Numbered from the stretch's first letter, positions 48,520-58,716 are shown. The stretch: DNA of 64,000 bases from an uncultured Candidatus Rokubacteria bacterium (GCA_963805625.1 CAWDVE010000018.1:80548-144547); one strand, 5' to 3'. Notes: generated from the letters alone by a model not told the origin. Program-made: numbers and translations.

Positions 48520-48589
48520 CCACGGGATCGGCGAACGGGGCGGCCGCCAGCCTATGAGGCCGCAGCGTCTAGCTCACTCCCGTCGTGCC

Positions 48590-48920
48590 GGCGGCGGGCA
48601 AGGTGCTCGCGCTGGGTCGCGGCGATGGCGCCGTGCCGGTAGAGGCGGTCGTAGAATTCGACGTCGACATGATTCGCCTGGAAGCCGACCACCGTCCGGA
48701 ACGTGGCGCTCCCAGACGTACGTCGCGTACGCGATCGTCGCGTCGACGGCCGCCGGACTCGGCGCCGTCACGGCCTCGGCGATGCGCGCCGGCGCGCGCC
48801 AAGGCGCCCCCCGCATGCCGTCGCGGAACACGCCTACCGGCCCGAACTTGACCTCGACCACGGCGCACGGCCGCCTCCATCGAGGCGTGGTACGGCGAGC
48901 GGTACGGCGCGAGGAGAGGC
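48590..48920 (-). pseudogene. Frameshifted C-terminal remnant of a conserved hypothetical protein
   Basis: Protein-like text continues across three frames: PYHASMEAAVR / VVEVKFGP..ATIAYATYVWER / FRTVVGFQANHVDVEFYDRLY. Confidence 0.45.
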
Positions 48921-50522
48921 TTAGAGGTCGATCCGCTCGGACGCGGGTAGCGTGAGGAACTCAACGAAGGGCTCGCCGAGGGCGACCGCCTCGAAGAGCT
49001 CGCGGGCGGCGCCGTAGTGCCCGCGCGCGTACGCGTCGTCGCCGACCGCGGCGCGGATCCCGGCGAGCTCCGCGGCCACGATCCGCTCCACGAGCTCCCG
49101 TGTCACGACTCCCCCCTCGGCGAGCCGGACGCCGTGGCGGACCCACTGCCAGACCTGGGACCGTGAGATCTCGGCCGTCGCCGCGTCCTCCATCAGGTTG
49201 AAGATGGCCACGGCGCCGTTCCCGTCGAGCCACGCGTCGAGATACTGGAGGGCGACGCTCACGTTGTTCCGGAGGCCGACCTCAGTCACCGTCCCGCCTG
49301 GCACGCGGACGTCGAGCAGTGCTCGCGCGTCGACGGCCACCTCGGGGCGCTGCCGCTCGAGCTGATGCGGGCGATCCCCGAGGAGGCGCGCGAACGGGTC
49401 GCGGGCGACCACGACGAGGTCCGGGTGGGCCACCCACGTCCCGTCGAAGCCATCCTGGGACTCGCGAATCTTGTCTTCCCGCACCCGGGCCAGAGCCGCC
49501 TCGTTGACCCGCGGATCGCGCCGGCTGGGGATGAAGGCCGCCATTCCGCCGAGCGCGTGCGCGCCGCGGTGGTGACAGGTCTTCACGAGGAGCTCGGTGT
49601 ACGCTCGCATGAACGGCACCGTCATCGTGACCTGCGCCCGGTCCGGCAGGACGAACTCGGGCCGGGTCCGGAGCTTCTTGATGAGGCTGAACATGTAGTC
49701 CCAGCGGCCGGCGTTGAGCCCCCCCGAGTGGTCGCGCAGCTCCCACAGGATCTCGTCCATCTCGAACGCGGCCGGGAGGGTCTCGACGAGGACGGTGGCA
49801 CGGATCGCCCCGCGCGGGAGCCCGAGCCGGTCCTCGGCCAGGACGAACGCGTCGTTCCAGAGCCGTGCCTCGCGGTGGCCCTCCAGCTTCGGGAGGTAGA
49901 AGTAGGGCCCGCTCCCCCGCTCGAGGAGACGGCGGCCGTTGTGGAAGACGTAGAGCCCGAAGTCGAACAGGCTCCCCGACACGGCGTCGCCGTCCACTAG
50001 GCAGTGCCGCTCGGGGAGGTGCCAGCCGCGCGGCCGGACGAGCAGGGTCGCGACGACCTCGTTCAGTCGATAGATCCGGCCGTCGGGGCTCCGATGCTCG
50101 ATCGTCCGCCCGACCGCGTCGAGGAGGTTGACCTGGCCCTGGACCATGTTGCGCCAGGTCGGCGTGTTCGCGTCCTCGAAGTCCGCCATGAAGACGTCCG
50201 CGCCGGAGTTGAGCGCGTTGATGACCATCTTCCGCTCGGCGGGACCCGTGAGCTCGACCCACCGGCGCTGAAGATCCTTGGGGGCCGGGGCGACCGTCCA
50301 GGCGCCCGCGCGGATCTCGCGGGTCTCGGACAGGAAGTCCAGCCGGCCGTCGGCGTCGAACGCTGCCTGACGCTCGGCCCGGTGCCGGAGGAGCGCGGCC
50401 CGCGTCACCCCGAGCTCCCGCTGGAGCTCGGCCACGAACGCGAGCGCGGCGGGCGTCAGGATCTCGGCGAACCGGCCCTCGATCGGGCCCCGAAGCTCGA
50501 TACCGTCAGCCCTGACCATCAC
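48921..50522 (-). CDS. aceB: Malate synthase A
   Basis: [57 protein letters not shown]. Confidence 0.95.
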   Translation of the reverse strand: MMVRADGIELRGPIEGRFAEILTPAALAFVAELQRELGVTRAALLRHRAERQAAFDADGRLDFLSETREIRAGAWTVAPAPKDLQRRWVELTGPAERKMVINALNSGADVFMADFEDANTPTWRNMVQGQVNLLDAVGRTIEHRSPDGRIYRLNEVVATLLVRPRGWHLPERHCLVDGDAVSGSLFDFGLYVFHNGRRLLERGSGPYFYLPKLEGHREARLWNDAFVLAEDRLGLPRGAIRATVLVETLPAAFEMDEILWELRDHSGGLNAGRWDYMFSLIKKLRTRPEFVLPDRAQVTMTVPFMRAYTELLVKTCHHRGAHALGGMAAFIPSRRDPRVNEAALARVREDKIRESQDGFDGTWVAHPDLVVVARDPFARLLGDRPHQLERQRPEVAVDARALLDVRVPGGTVTEVGLRNNVSVALQYLDAWLDGNGAVAIFNLMEDAATAEISRSQVWQWVRHGVRLAEGGVVTRELVERIVAAELAGIRAAVGDDAYARGHYGAARELFEAVALGEPFVEFLTLPASERIDL

Positions 50523-50600
50523 CGCGTCCTCTCGCCGATCTGGGATCGCCCCGGCTTACTTGTCTCGGACTCGGGCGACCGCCAGCGGCGCGTCATCGTA

Positions 50601-51350
50601 CTACGCGGTGAAGTCGGCCACCACGGGATTGTGATCGCTCAGGCCCGCCCAGCGCGACCCGGCGACCACCCGACAGGAGACGAGGCGCGCCCGCCAGGCC
50701 GATGGCACGAAGATGCCATCGCAGTGATAGGGGGCGCGCCGGTCGGCGGACCAGCGGAGGGTCTGCGCGAGTGGGCGCCCCGGATTCGCAGCCTGCCAAC
50801 AGCTGATGAGGTCGAATTCCTCGGACAGCCGGTCGAGGATCTCCCGCTCTCCCCGGCTCACCGGGATTCGCTCGTGCGGCTGGCGATGCCCGACGACCAC
50901 GTTGAAGTCACCACCGAGGATCAGGTCCGCACCAGCGCGCCACGAGGCGATCCGATCCAGGATCTCGTGCAGGGTCCGGACATAGCCTCGCGTGCCCACC
51001 GGACAGTGGATGCTGAAGAGCCGCAGTGAATGGCCGGGAGACCAGCTCGGGCCGGACAGCTCGGCACCCACCACCCACCCCGCGAACTCGGGGATCGTCA
51101 GGGCGGTTGCCCGGCGTCCGCGAAGGAGAACCGCGCTGCCCCAGTGGCGCGGGGCGGCGGGCGCCCACAGGAGCGTGTCCGTCGTCCCGGCCCGGAACCG
51201 CTCCCCCGGCGAGTCCTGCGGCGTCCGGCATTCCTGCGCGAACACGATGTCAGGCGCCAGGCGCGTGCGAATGCGCGACCAGTGGCCGGTGCGCACCGAG
51301 CTCCCGCCGCTCAGGAAGTTGTAGGCCACCACTCGCAGTGAATCCGCCAA
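50601..51350 (-). CDS. Endonuclease/exonuclease/phosphatase family protein
   Basis: YN, QE, GGDFN, D.IF, SDH; start uncertain (TTG). Confidence 0.8.
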   Translation of the reverse strand: MADSLRVVAYNFLSGGSSVRTGHWSRIRTRLAPDIVFAQECRTPQDSPGERFRAGTTDTLLWAPAAPRHWGSAVLLRGRRATALTIPEFAGWVVGAELSGPSWSPGHSLRLFSIHCPVGTRGYVRTLHEILDRIASWRAGADLILGGDFNVVVGHRQPHERIPVSRGEREILDRLSEEFDLISCWQAANPGRPLAQTLRWSADRRAPYHCDGIFVPSAWRARLVSCRVVAGSRWAGLSDHNPVVADFTA

Positions 51351-51389
51351 GGCGGCGGGTCCTTTCGCGCGCAGGATCCCGCGGCGGCG

Positions 51390-52130
51390 CTAGACGAGGC
51401 GCGCCCGGATCCGGGCGCTCACGAAGTCGACGACCATGACCATCACGACGGTGACGAGCAGGACCGTGGAAGCGGACGGGTAGTCGATCATCCTGAGGTA
51501 CGTCTGCAGATACAGCCCGATCCCCCCCGCGCCGACGAAGCCGAGCACGGTCGCGGCCCGAACGTTCGACTCGAAGCGGTAGAGAACGTAAGAGAGAAAG
51601 AGCGGCAGCACCTGAGGAAGGACCCCGAACCGGAGCACCTGGAGCCGCGTCGCACCGGTCGCGCGGATCGCGTCGACCGGACCGGGCTCGATCCCTTCGA
51701 TGGTCTCCGAGTAAAGCTTGGCCAGGGAGGTGGTGGTGTACGCGACCACGGCCAGCATGCCCGGGAAGGGCCCCAGCCCCACCGCGGCCACGAAGAGCAG
51801 CGCGTAGACCAGGGTGTCGATGCTGCGGAGGAAGTTGAGCGCCGTGCGCACCATATAGTACAGGGCAGGCGGTGCGACGTTGCGCGCCGACAGGAATCCG
51901 AGCGGAATCGCCAGCGCGGCCGCCAGCGCCGTCCCGAGCAGCGCGATCTCGATCGTGCCGACCGCGCCCGCCAGGGCCGAGGGCAGGACGGCCGGATTCG
52001 GCGGCACCATTCGGCGGACGAAGTCCCACATCCAGGGAAGCCCCCGCACGAGCCGCGCGGGGCTGGCGTCCGTGTGCCAGGCGATCGCCACGAGCAGGAC
52101 TGCCACGCCAAGCCAGGCCGCCCGCTTCAC
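51390..52130 (-). CDS. phnE: PhnE/PtxC-type ABC permease
   Basis: KLYSETIE, A.GAT, YRFESNVRAATVLGFVGAGGIG; substrate probably not phosphonate (see riboswitch). Confidence 0.88.
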   Translation of the reverse strand: MKRAAWLGVAVLLVAIAWHTDASPARLVRGLPWMWDFVRRMVPPNPAVLPSALAGAVGTIEIALLGTALAAALAIPLGFLSARNVAPPALYYMVRTALNFLRSIDTLVYALLFVAAVGLGPFPGMLAVVAYTTTSLAKLYSETIEGIEPGPVDAIRATGATRLQVLRFGVLPQVLPLFLSYVLYRFESNVRAATVLGFVGAGGIGLYLQTYLRMIDYPSASTVLLVTVVMVMVVDFVSARIRARLV

Positions 52131-52870
52131 GCGGCCTCCTCCCCGTAGATGGCCTGGGCCACCCCGGGCGAGACGGCCGCCGGCGGGCCGTCGAACACGA
52201 CTGCCCCCGCCCGAAACCCGACGATCCGCGTGCCGTACTCGAGCGCCGTGTCGAGCTGGTGCTGGCTGACGACGAGCGTGAGGCGTCGCTCCCGGTTGAT
52301 CCGCGCCAGGATGCCCATGATGGAGCCGGCGAGGGTCGGATCGAGACTCGCGGTGGGCTCGTCCCCCAGGATTACCCGCGGCTCCTGGGCCAGCGCGCGC
52401 GCGATGGCCACCCGCTGCTGCTCCCCGCCCGACAGAGTGTCCGCCCGACGATCAGCGAACTCCGCGAGGCCAACCTGCGCCAGACACTCCCGCGCGAGGG
52501 CCCGGTCACGCTGGGGGAAGCGCCCGACGAGGCTCGGCCACTCGGGAACGTAGCCGAGCCGGCCCGCCAGCACGTTGTCGAGCACGGACGCGCGGCGGAC
52601 CAGATTGAACTGCTGGAAGATCATGCCGATCTGGCGGCGGATCTGGCGAAGGGCGCCGGGATCAGCGCCGGTCACCAGCTGACCGGCGACCCGGATGGTT
52701 CCGGCCACCGGCTCGACGAGGCGGTTGATCGCGCGGAGGAAGGTCGTCTTGCCCGCCCCGCTGCGGCCGATGATCATGACGAACTCGCCCGGCTCGACGC
52801 GGAGATCGACCCCGTAGAGCGCCACCGTGTCGGGCGGCAGCACGACGCGGAGGCCGCGCGTCTCGATCAT
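52127..52870 (-). CDS. phnC: PhnC/PtxA-type ABC ATPase
   Basis: [44 protein letters not shown]. Confidence 0.9.
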   Translation of the reverse strand: MIETRGLRVVLPPDTVALYGVDLRVEPGEFVMIIGRSGAGKTTFLRAINRLVEPVAGTIRVAGQLVTGADPGALRQIRRQIGMIFQQFNLVRRASVLDNVLAGRLGYVPEWPSLVGRFPQRDRALARECLAQVGLAEFADRRADTLSGGEQQRVAIARALAQEPRVILGDEPTASLDPTLAGSIMGILARINRERRLTLVVSQHQLDTALEYGTRIVGFRAGAVVFDGPPAAVSPGVAQAIYGEEAA

Positions 52871-52920
52871 GGGCGCCGCGGCGCCCGGCCGGGAATCCGG
52901 CCGCTCGGCCCCGTCGCGCG

Positions 52921-53805
52921 TCAGCGCTTCGGGCGCCAGCCGAGCAGGTCCATCGCCGCGCGGACCGGCTCGTACTCGCGGTCCTCCGCGGGTTCGAACC
53001 CGTCGATGTCGTAGAGCGCCTTGAGGAGGGGCTCGTACGCCGGCCCCTTCATCGAGAGGAGTGCCGCGCGCACCTTGGCGAAGAGCGCTGGGTCGAGCCC
53101 GTCCCGCGCGCAGATGCCGCCTTCCGGGATCGGGGCGCTCTCGGCGACCCAGATGAGCTTCTCGCGCTGGGCGGGGTCTTTCAGGTACTGCTCGCGGGCC
53201 TGATCGAACGAGGCGAAGGCATCGACGTGACCGTTGAGGAGTGCTATCAGACCCGCGTCGTGCGATCCGGCAAACACGAACTCCTTGAAGAACGTCTTGG
53301 GGTCCTTGTTCCGGACGAGGCCCTTCTCCATCAGCATGACCATCGGGTAGACGTAGCCAGAGGTGCTGGAAGGGTCCACGAACGCGATCGTCTTGCCCCG
53401 GAGATCCTCGAGCGTCTTGAGACCCGACTCCTTCCGCACGAAGATTCGCGCGGTGTACGACGTGTTCCCGTGCCACTGGTCCTTGGCAACGATCATGGCC
53501 TTCGCCTCGCGGTTGGCGAGAACGTAGCCGGCCGGATGGACGAAGGCCAGGTCCGCGGTCCGGTTCCGGAGCGCCTCGACGACGGCCGCGTAGTCAGAGG
53601 CCACGGTCACGCGGATCGGGACGTCGACGAGTTTGCCGAGTGCCGCCCCGAAAGCCTCCCCGGCCACGAGCAGGTCCGTGGGCTTCTGGGAGGGAGTAAG
53701 GACCAGGTGAAGCGAGGTCTGGGCGGTCGCCGGCCTTGCAAGCGAGGCGACCGCGAGGAGACCGACCACGAGGATGCTCGACGTGACGAGGCGACGGCGC
53801 AACAT
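52921..53805 (-). CDS. phnD: PhnD/PtxB-type substrate-binding protein
   Basis: Signal peptide, DY.AVVEAL, DPSSTSGY.YP, GSHD, PIP. Confidence 0.88.
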   Translation of the reverse strand: MLRRRLVTSSILVVGLLAVASLARPATAQTSLHLVLTPSQKPTDLLVAGEAFGAALGKLVDVPIRVTVASDYAAVVEALRNRTADLAFVHPAGYVLANREAKAMIVAKDQWHGNTSYTARIFVRKESGLKTLEDLRGKTIAFVDPSSTSGYVYPMVMLMEKGLVRNKDPKTFFKEFVFAGSHDAGLIALLNGHVDAFASFDQAREQYLKDPAQREKLIWVAESAPIPEGGICARDGLDPALFAKVRAALLSMKGPAYEPLLKALYDIDGFEPAEDREYEPVRAAMDLLGWRPKR

Positions 53806-53807
53806 TG

Positions 53808-53909
53808 GACCCTCCCTGCGCTGGCATTACCCAGGTCAGGTTCAGGCGGTCGGCAGCGAGCGCGCTGCCCTCTCAGCTCGGGGTTCCGAGCTCCCGCGAT
53901 CCCCTGGCC
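53808..53909 (-). ncRNA. TPP (THI-box) riboswitch
   Basis: Minus strand reads GGCCAGGGG..GCTGAGAG GGCAGCGCGCTCGCTGCC GACCGCCTGAACCTGACCTGGGTAATGCCAGCGCAGGGAGGGTCC: CTGAGA, GAACCTGA, GG.TAATGCC.GCG.AGGGA consensus plus P3 hairpins. Confidence 0.92.
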
Positions 53910-53913
53910 TCGG

Positions 53914-53942
53914 AGTCTAGCGGTGGCCCGGTGGACCGTCAA
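53914..53942 (-). promoter_or_regulatory. Sigma70 promoter of the riboswitch-phnDCE transcript
   Basis: TTGACG-N17-TAGACT, predicted start at the riboswitch 5' end. Confidence 0.75.
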
Positions 53943-54153
53943 CCGGCCAGCCGGATCCTGACAATCCTCGACGCGGCCCCTGACAATCCGGGCGTCCCGG
54001 TGTCATCCCCAGCGGGGATCGCCAGGGCCTTCCATCAGGCACCACCTGCATTTTCAAGAGATTGTGGGACACGCCCGTGTGGGCGCGGGGGTTGCAACTG
54101 TGGAAAGCCGGCCGGTGCCGGCATTCCCCGGCGCCTTGCACAGGAGGATTGCC

Positions 54154-54774
54154 ATGACACGACGCGTCGATCCGAGGTGGCTTCTCGTCGCCGGGGGCCT
54201 CGCTCTGGCCTTGACGGGGTGCGCGACCCACGCCACGACGGGCGCAGGGACGGACGCTACCGGAGCCGAAGCCAACGCCGCGAACGCCAGTGGGCTGGCC
54301 GGCGGGGCGGGCACGGGCGGAGCGGGCGGCGCCGGGAGCGACAGCGCCGCGGTTCGCGCGCCGGGCGCCACGATGTTCCCGGCGCTGCCCTCACCCCAGG
54401 ACTTCAACGAATCGGCCGCGCTGCGCGACGTCCACTTCGACTTCGATCGCGCCGCGCTCCGGGCCGAGGACACGCGGATCCTGGAGTCCAACGCGCGCTG
54501 GCTGCTCGCCCATCCCGGCACGCTGGTCCTGATCGAGGGCCACGCGGACGAGCGGGGAACGAACGAGTACAACCTGGCGCTCGGGGAGAACCGGGCGCGC
54601 GTCACGCGCGATCAGCTCGTCGCCCGCGGTGTCGCCGCGTCCCGCATCACGCTCGTGAGCTACGGCGAGGAGCGTCCTACGTGCCGCGAGACCAGCGAGG
54701 CGTGCTGGGGGCACAATCGGCGCGCGCATTTCCTCGTGAAGTCCGCCGTGACCGTCAGCGTCCTCCGGCGGTAG
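54154..54774 (+). CDS. pal: Peptidoglycan-associated lipoprotein (Pal/OmpA C-terminal domain)
   Basis: Lipobox LTGC, VHFDFD, IEGHADERGTNEYNLALGE.RA, SYGEERP, NRR; AGGAGG SD. Confidence 0.88.
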   Translation: MTRRVDPRWLLVAGGLALALTGCATHATTGAGTDATGAEANAANASGLAGGAGTGGAGGAGSDSAAVRAPGATMFPALPSPQDFNESAALRDVHFDFDRAALRAEDTRILESNARWLLAHPGTLVLIEGHADERGTNEYNLALGENRARVTRDQLVARGVAASRITLVSYGEERPTCRETSEACWGHNRRAHFLVKSAVTVSVLRR

Positions 54775-54960
54775 CGGCAGTTCCCCGTCCGGCGCTCGTG
54801 GCGCCTCAAGGCGCTGCGAGCGTCAGGACGACGAGGGCGGGATCCGAAGGGCCGGCACCTTGCGCCCCTCATCCGCGATGAACGCCCCCCTCCGATAGTC
54901 CCACCAAGTGTTCGACATTCGGGCGGTTGGGATCCGCTCGCGCCTCAAGGACTTGCGCCA

Positions 54961-57900
54961 TCAGTGGAAGTCGTGCGATGGCACGGCGGCCGCGGCGGCG
55001 AGGGGTCGGACTGTCGTCGCCCGCACGGCGGTGACGCCGTCCTCGTGCTGGAGGACGCCGTCGACCAGGAGGAAGGGCTCCTGGACGAGCGTGGCGCGCG
55101 CTCGTTCGAAAAGCCCCGGCTCCACGATGGCATTGGCGATCCCCGTCTCGTCCTCGAGCGAGAGGAAGACGAAGCCTTTCGCCGTGCCCGGCCGCTGGCG
55201 CACGACCACGGCGCCGGCGACCCGGACGCGGCGGCCGCTGGCGAGCGCGGCCAGGCCGGCGGCAGGCGTCACGCCGAGCCGCGCCCAGTCGGCGCGACGG
55301 AGCGCCATGGGGTGCGGCCCGACCGTGACGCCGGTCCCGCGGTAGTCGGCGACCAGCCGCTCCGCCACCGTCATCTCGCGGAGCGGCGAGGGCTCGGGAG
55401 CCGGAGCATGGCCCGCGAAGAGTGGGCCCGGCGGCCGCGCGGCCCGCTCGGCCTGCCAGAGTGCGGCCCGGCGCCGGAGCCCGAGGCTCCCCAGCGCCCC
55501 CACCTCCGCGAGCGCCGTCACCTCGTCCCGCGAGAGCCCGGCCCGCGCGCAGAGGTCGTCCGTGGACGTGAAGGGCCGTGCCTGCCGCGCGGTAACGAGC
55601 CGGGCGGCCGCGGTCTCGCGAAGCCCTTTCACCTGCCCGAGCCCGAGCCGCACCGCGCCGGCCTCGACCGTCGCGCGCCAGGTCGAGACGCCGACGTCCA
55701 CTGGACGCACGGCCTGGCCGCGGCGGAGCGCGTCCCGGACGACCGTCGCCGGGTGGTAGAAGCCCATCGGCTGGTTGTTGAGGAGCGCCGCGTAGAACTC
55801 CGCCGGGTGGTGAACCTTGAGGTAGGCGCTCGCGTAGGCGAGGAGCGCGAAGCTCGCCGCGTGGCTCTCAGGAAAACCGTACTCCGCGAACGCGGTGATC
55901 GCCCGCACGATCTCCTCGGCGGCGGGGCCGGCGATCCCGTTCCGGGCGATCCCGGCGCGAAGCTTCGCCTCGATCGCCTGCATCCGCGCCCGCGAGCGCC
56001 GGAAGCCGAAGGCCCGGCGAAGCTCCTCGGCCTCCCCGCCGGTGAGCCCCGCGGCGACCATCCCCATCCGGAGGAGCTGCTCCTGAAAGAGCGGCACGCC
56101 GAGCGTCCGGCGGAGGATGGGCTCGAGCGAGGGATGGGGATAGACCACCGGCTGGCGCCCCGCTCGCCGCGCGAGATACGGGTGGACCATCTGGCCGATG
56201 ATCGGCCCGGGACGGATGATCGCGACCTGGACGACCAGGTCGTAGAAGCGCCGGGGCCGAAGACGCGGGAGCGTCGCCATCTGGGCCCGGCTCTCCACCT
56301 GGAAGAGCCCGACCGTGTCGGCCGCCTGGAGGAGCTGATACACCGCCGGGTCGTCGGGCGGGAGATGCGCGAGGTCGACCTCGCGGCCGGCCGCCCGGCA
56401 GAGCGCGATCGCCTCCTCGAGGGCGGCCATCATCCCGAGACCGAGAAGATCGACCTTGATGATCCCGAGGTCGGCGCAGTCGTCCTTGTCCCACTGGACG
56501 ACGACCCGACCCGGCATCGTCGCCGGCTCGAGCGGCACCACCTCGTCGAGCCGGCCCGCGCAGAGCACCATGCCGCCCGAGTGCTGGCCGAGGTGGCGCG
56601 GGAGCCCGACGACAGCGTGCCAGAGCGCGGCGAAGCGCCGGATCCGCGGATCCGTGAGGTCGGCGCCGGCGCGCCGGAGGTGATGGGCCGGCGTCTCCTC
56701 GTCCGGATCCTGGTAGCCCCAGCCGGGGACGTCCTTGGCGAGCCGGTCGAGGAAGTCCGGCGGGAGGCCAAGCGCCTTCCCAACCTCGCGGACCGCGCGC
56801 CGCGGCTGGTAGGTGATGACGTTCGCGGTCATCGCGGCGCTCGTCCCGCCGTAGCGCCCGTAGACGTACTGGATGATTACCTCGCGGCGCTCCCCCGATG
56901 GAAGGTCGAGGTCGATGTCCGGCCACTCGCCCCGCTCTTCCGAGAGGAAGCGCTCGAAGAGAAGATCCATCCCGACCGGGTCGACGGCCGTGATCCCGAG
57001 GCTGTAACAGACCGCGCTGTTCGCCGCCGAGCCCCGGCCCTGGACGAGGATCCCGCGCGCACGGGCTTCCCGCACGATGTCCCAGACGATCAGGAAGTAG
57101 CCGGCAAGGTCGAGCTTCTCGATGAGCAGGAGCTCGCGGACGAGCTGCTGGCGCACGCGCGCCGACACGGGGTGGTATCGCCCGCGCGCACCGGCCCCGA
57201 CGAGCTCCTGGAGGTAGGCGATCTGGGGCCGGCCGTCGGGGACCGGGTAGTCGGGAAAGCGATAGCCCAGATCCTGGAGCGTGAAGCCGCAGCGCGCGGC
57301 GATCTCCCCCGTGGCCGCGACGGCCTGCGGCAGATCGGCAAAGCGCCGGGCCATCTCCGCTGGCGTCCGGAGGCGCTGCTCGGCATTCGGCAACAGGCGC
57401 CGGCCGAGGACGTCCAGCGGAGCCCGGAGCCGGATGGCCGTCAGGACGTCGAGGATCGGGCGCTCGCCGGGTGTCGCGTGGCGCACGCCGCCGGTGGCGA
57501 CGATGGGCAGCCGGGCCTCACGCGCGAGGGCCACGGCGCGGCGGGTCACGAGCTCGCTCTCGCGCGTGCCGTGCCGCTGGAGCTCCACGTAGACCCGGTC
57601 CCGGCCGAAACTCCGGACAAGCCGCTCGAGCGTCCCCCGGGCCGCCGCCCGGCGTCCCGCCAGGAGATCGGGGGTGAGCGGGCCGTCGGCGCCGCCGGTC
57701 AGGCACAGGAGCCCTGCGACCGCGCCGTCGAGGTCGCCGAGCGGCGCGCGTGCCTGGCCCTTCGGCGCGCGCACCTTCACCCGCGTGAGCAGGCGGCAGA
57801 GCGTCCGGTACCCGGCACGGGACTCGGCGAGAAGGCCCAGTCGCGAGCCGTCGGTGAGCGTCAGGGCGGCGCCGACGAGCGGGCGCACCCCCGCCGCCCG

Positions 57901-58071
57901 CGCCGCCTTGTGGAAGCGCGGGGCGCCGTAGACCCCGTCCACGTCGAGCAACCCGAGGGCGGGGACCTCGAGCCGCGCCGCCTCGTCCACGAGGCGCTCG
58001 GGGGTGGACGCCGCCTCGAGGAAGCTGAAGGCGCTCCGGGCCGAGAGTTCGACGTACGGGACCGGGGGCAT
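54961..58071 (-). CDS. dnaE2: Error-prone DNA polymerase DnaE2 (ImuC)
   Basis: GRGSAANSAVCY.LGIT, PDIDLD, RHLGQHSGG, FQVESRAQM, RQRPGTAKG, C-terminal SHDFH. Confidence 0.95.
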   Translation of the reverse strand: MPPVPYVELSARSAFSFLEAASTPERLVDEAARLEVPALGLLDVDGVYGAPRFHKAARAAGVRPLVGAALTLTDGSRLGLLAESRAGYRTLCRLLTRVKVRAPKGQARAPLGDLDGAVAGLLCLTGGADGPLTPDLLAGRRAAARGTLERLVRSFGRDRVYVELQRHGTRESELVTRRAVALAREARLPIVATGGVRHATPGERPILDVLTAIRLRAPLDVLGRRLLPNAEQRLRTPAEMARRFADLPQAVAATGEIAARCGFTLQDLGYRFPDYPVPDGRPQIAYLQELVGAGARGRYHPVSARVRQQLVRELLLIEKLDLAGYFLIVWDIVREARARGILVQGRGSAANSAVCYSLGITAVDPVGMDLLFERFLSEERGEWPDIDLDLPSGERREVIIQYVYGRYGGTSAAMTANVITYQPRRAVREVGKALGLPPDFLDRLAKDVPGWGYQDPDEETPAHHLRRAGADLTDPRIRRFAALWHAVVGLPRHLGQHSGGMVLCAGRLDEVVPLEPATMPGRVVVQWDKDDCADLGIIKVDLLGLGMMAALEEAIALCRAAGREVDLAHLPPDDPAVYQLLQAADTVGLFQVESRAQMATLPRLRPRRFYDLVVQVAIIRPGPIIGQMVHPYLARRAGRQPVVYPHPSLEPILRRTLGVPLFQEQLLRMGMVAAGLTGGEAEELRRAFGFRRSRARMQAIEAKLRAGIARNGIAGPAAEEIVRAITAFAEYGFPESHAASFALLAYASAYLKVHHPAEFYAALLNNQPMGFYHPATVVRDALRRGQAVRPVDVGVSTWRATVEAGAVRLGLGQVKGLRETAAARLVTARQARPFTSTDDLCARAGLSRDEVTALAEVGALGSLGLRRRAALWQAERAARPPGPLFAGHAPAPEPSPLREMTVAERLVADYRGTGVTVGPHPMALRRADWARLGVTPAAGLAALASGRRVRVAGAVVVRQRPGTAKGFVFLSLEDETGIANAIVEPGLFERARATLVQEPFLLVDGVLQHEDGVTAVRATTVRPLAAAAAVPSHDFH

Positions 58072-58094
58072 GCGCGGGGCGGACCCCGAGCCGC

Positions 58095-58652
58095 TTATTT
58101 GGCGCGATGCCCCGCCGGGCCGCCCGGGCCCGCGGGCGGTTCCGGCCGGAAGCCGATCCGGCGCTTCTCTCCCGGCGCCGGCGGTGCCATGAGCTCCCGG
58201 ATCGCGTCGAAGACCCCCCGGAACTGGGTGTCGTACTTCTGCTCGAGGGCGTCGACCTTCCGGCGGAGCTCGGTGACGGAGCCGGCCATCCGTCGGAGCC
58301 GGACGAAGGCCCGCACGATCTCGATGTTGACGTGAACGGCCCGGGCGCTCCGGAGGACGCTGGAGAGCATGGCGACCCCCTGCTCGGTGAAGGCATGTGG
58401 CAGGTAGCGCCGCCCGCCCCACCCCTGACTCGAATTCCCGAGCTGGGCTCGCAGCGCCTCGAACTCTTCCCGGGAGAGCTGGAACATGAAATCCGGCGGG
58501 AAGCGTTTCACGTTTCGCTTGACGGCCTGGACCAGCGCGCGGGTCTCGACTCCATACATTCTCGCCAGATCATCGTCGAGCAGGACGTTCTCCCCCCGTA
58601 TGACGATGATCCGTCGCTCGATTCGGCCCGGAGGGACCAGAGCATGCGTCAT
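58095..58652 (-). CDS. ORF6N domain-containing DNA-binding protein
   Basis: [52 protein letters not shown]. Confidence 0.9.
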   Translation of the reverse strand: MTHALVPPGRIERRIIVIRGENVLLDDDLARMYGVETRALVQAVKRNVKRFPPDFMFQLSREEFEALRAQLGNSSQGWGGRRYLPHAFTEQGVAMLSSVLRSARAVHVNIEIVRAFVRLRRMAGSVTELRRKVDALEQKYDTQFRGVFDAIRELMAPPAPGEKRRIGFRPEPPAGPGGPAGHRAK

Positions 58653-58678
58653 GACGTCTCCATCTCATCCCCAGCGTG

Positions 58679-58703
58679 TTGAGATCACAGCCTGTGACCT
58701 CAA
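58679..58703. promoter_or_regulatory. Palindrome TTGAGATCACA-GCC-TGTGACCTCAA upstream of ORF6N
   Basis: 11-bp arms with 1 mismatch, extended by ATCCCC/GGGGAT outer pairing. Confidence 0.6.
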
Positions 58704-58716
58704 ACGGGGATTCGTC

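Noticed and set aside
54775-54960. Repeated GCGCCTCAAGG in the pal-dnaE2 intergenic region
   Set aside because: Only two short copies with no recognisable structure or ORF
57990-58071. Loss of PHP metal-binding His residues in DnaE2 (ELSARS)
   Set aside because: PHP degeneration is common in DnaE family polymerases, and the polymerase catalytic motifs are intact
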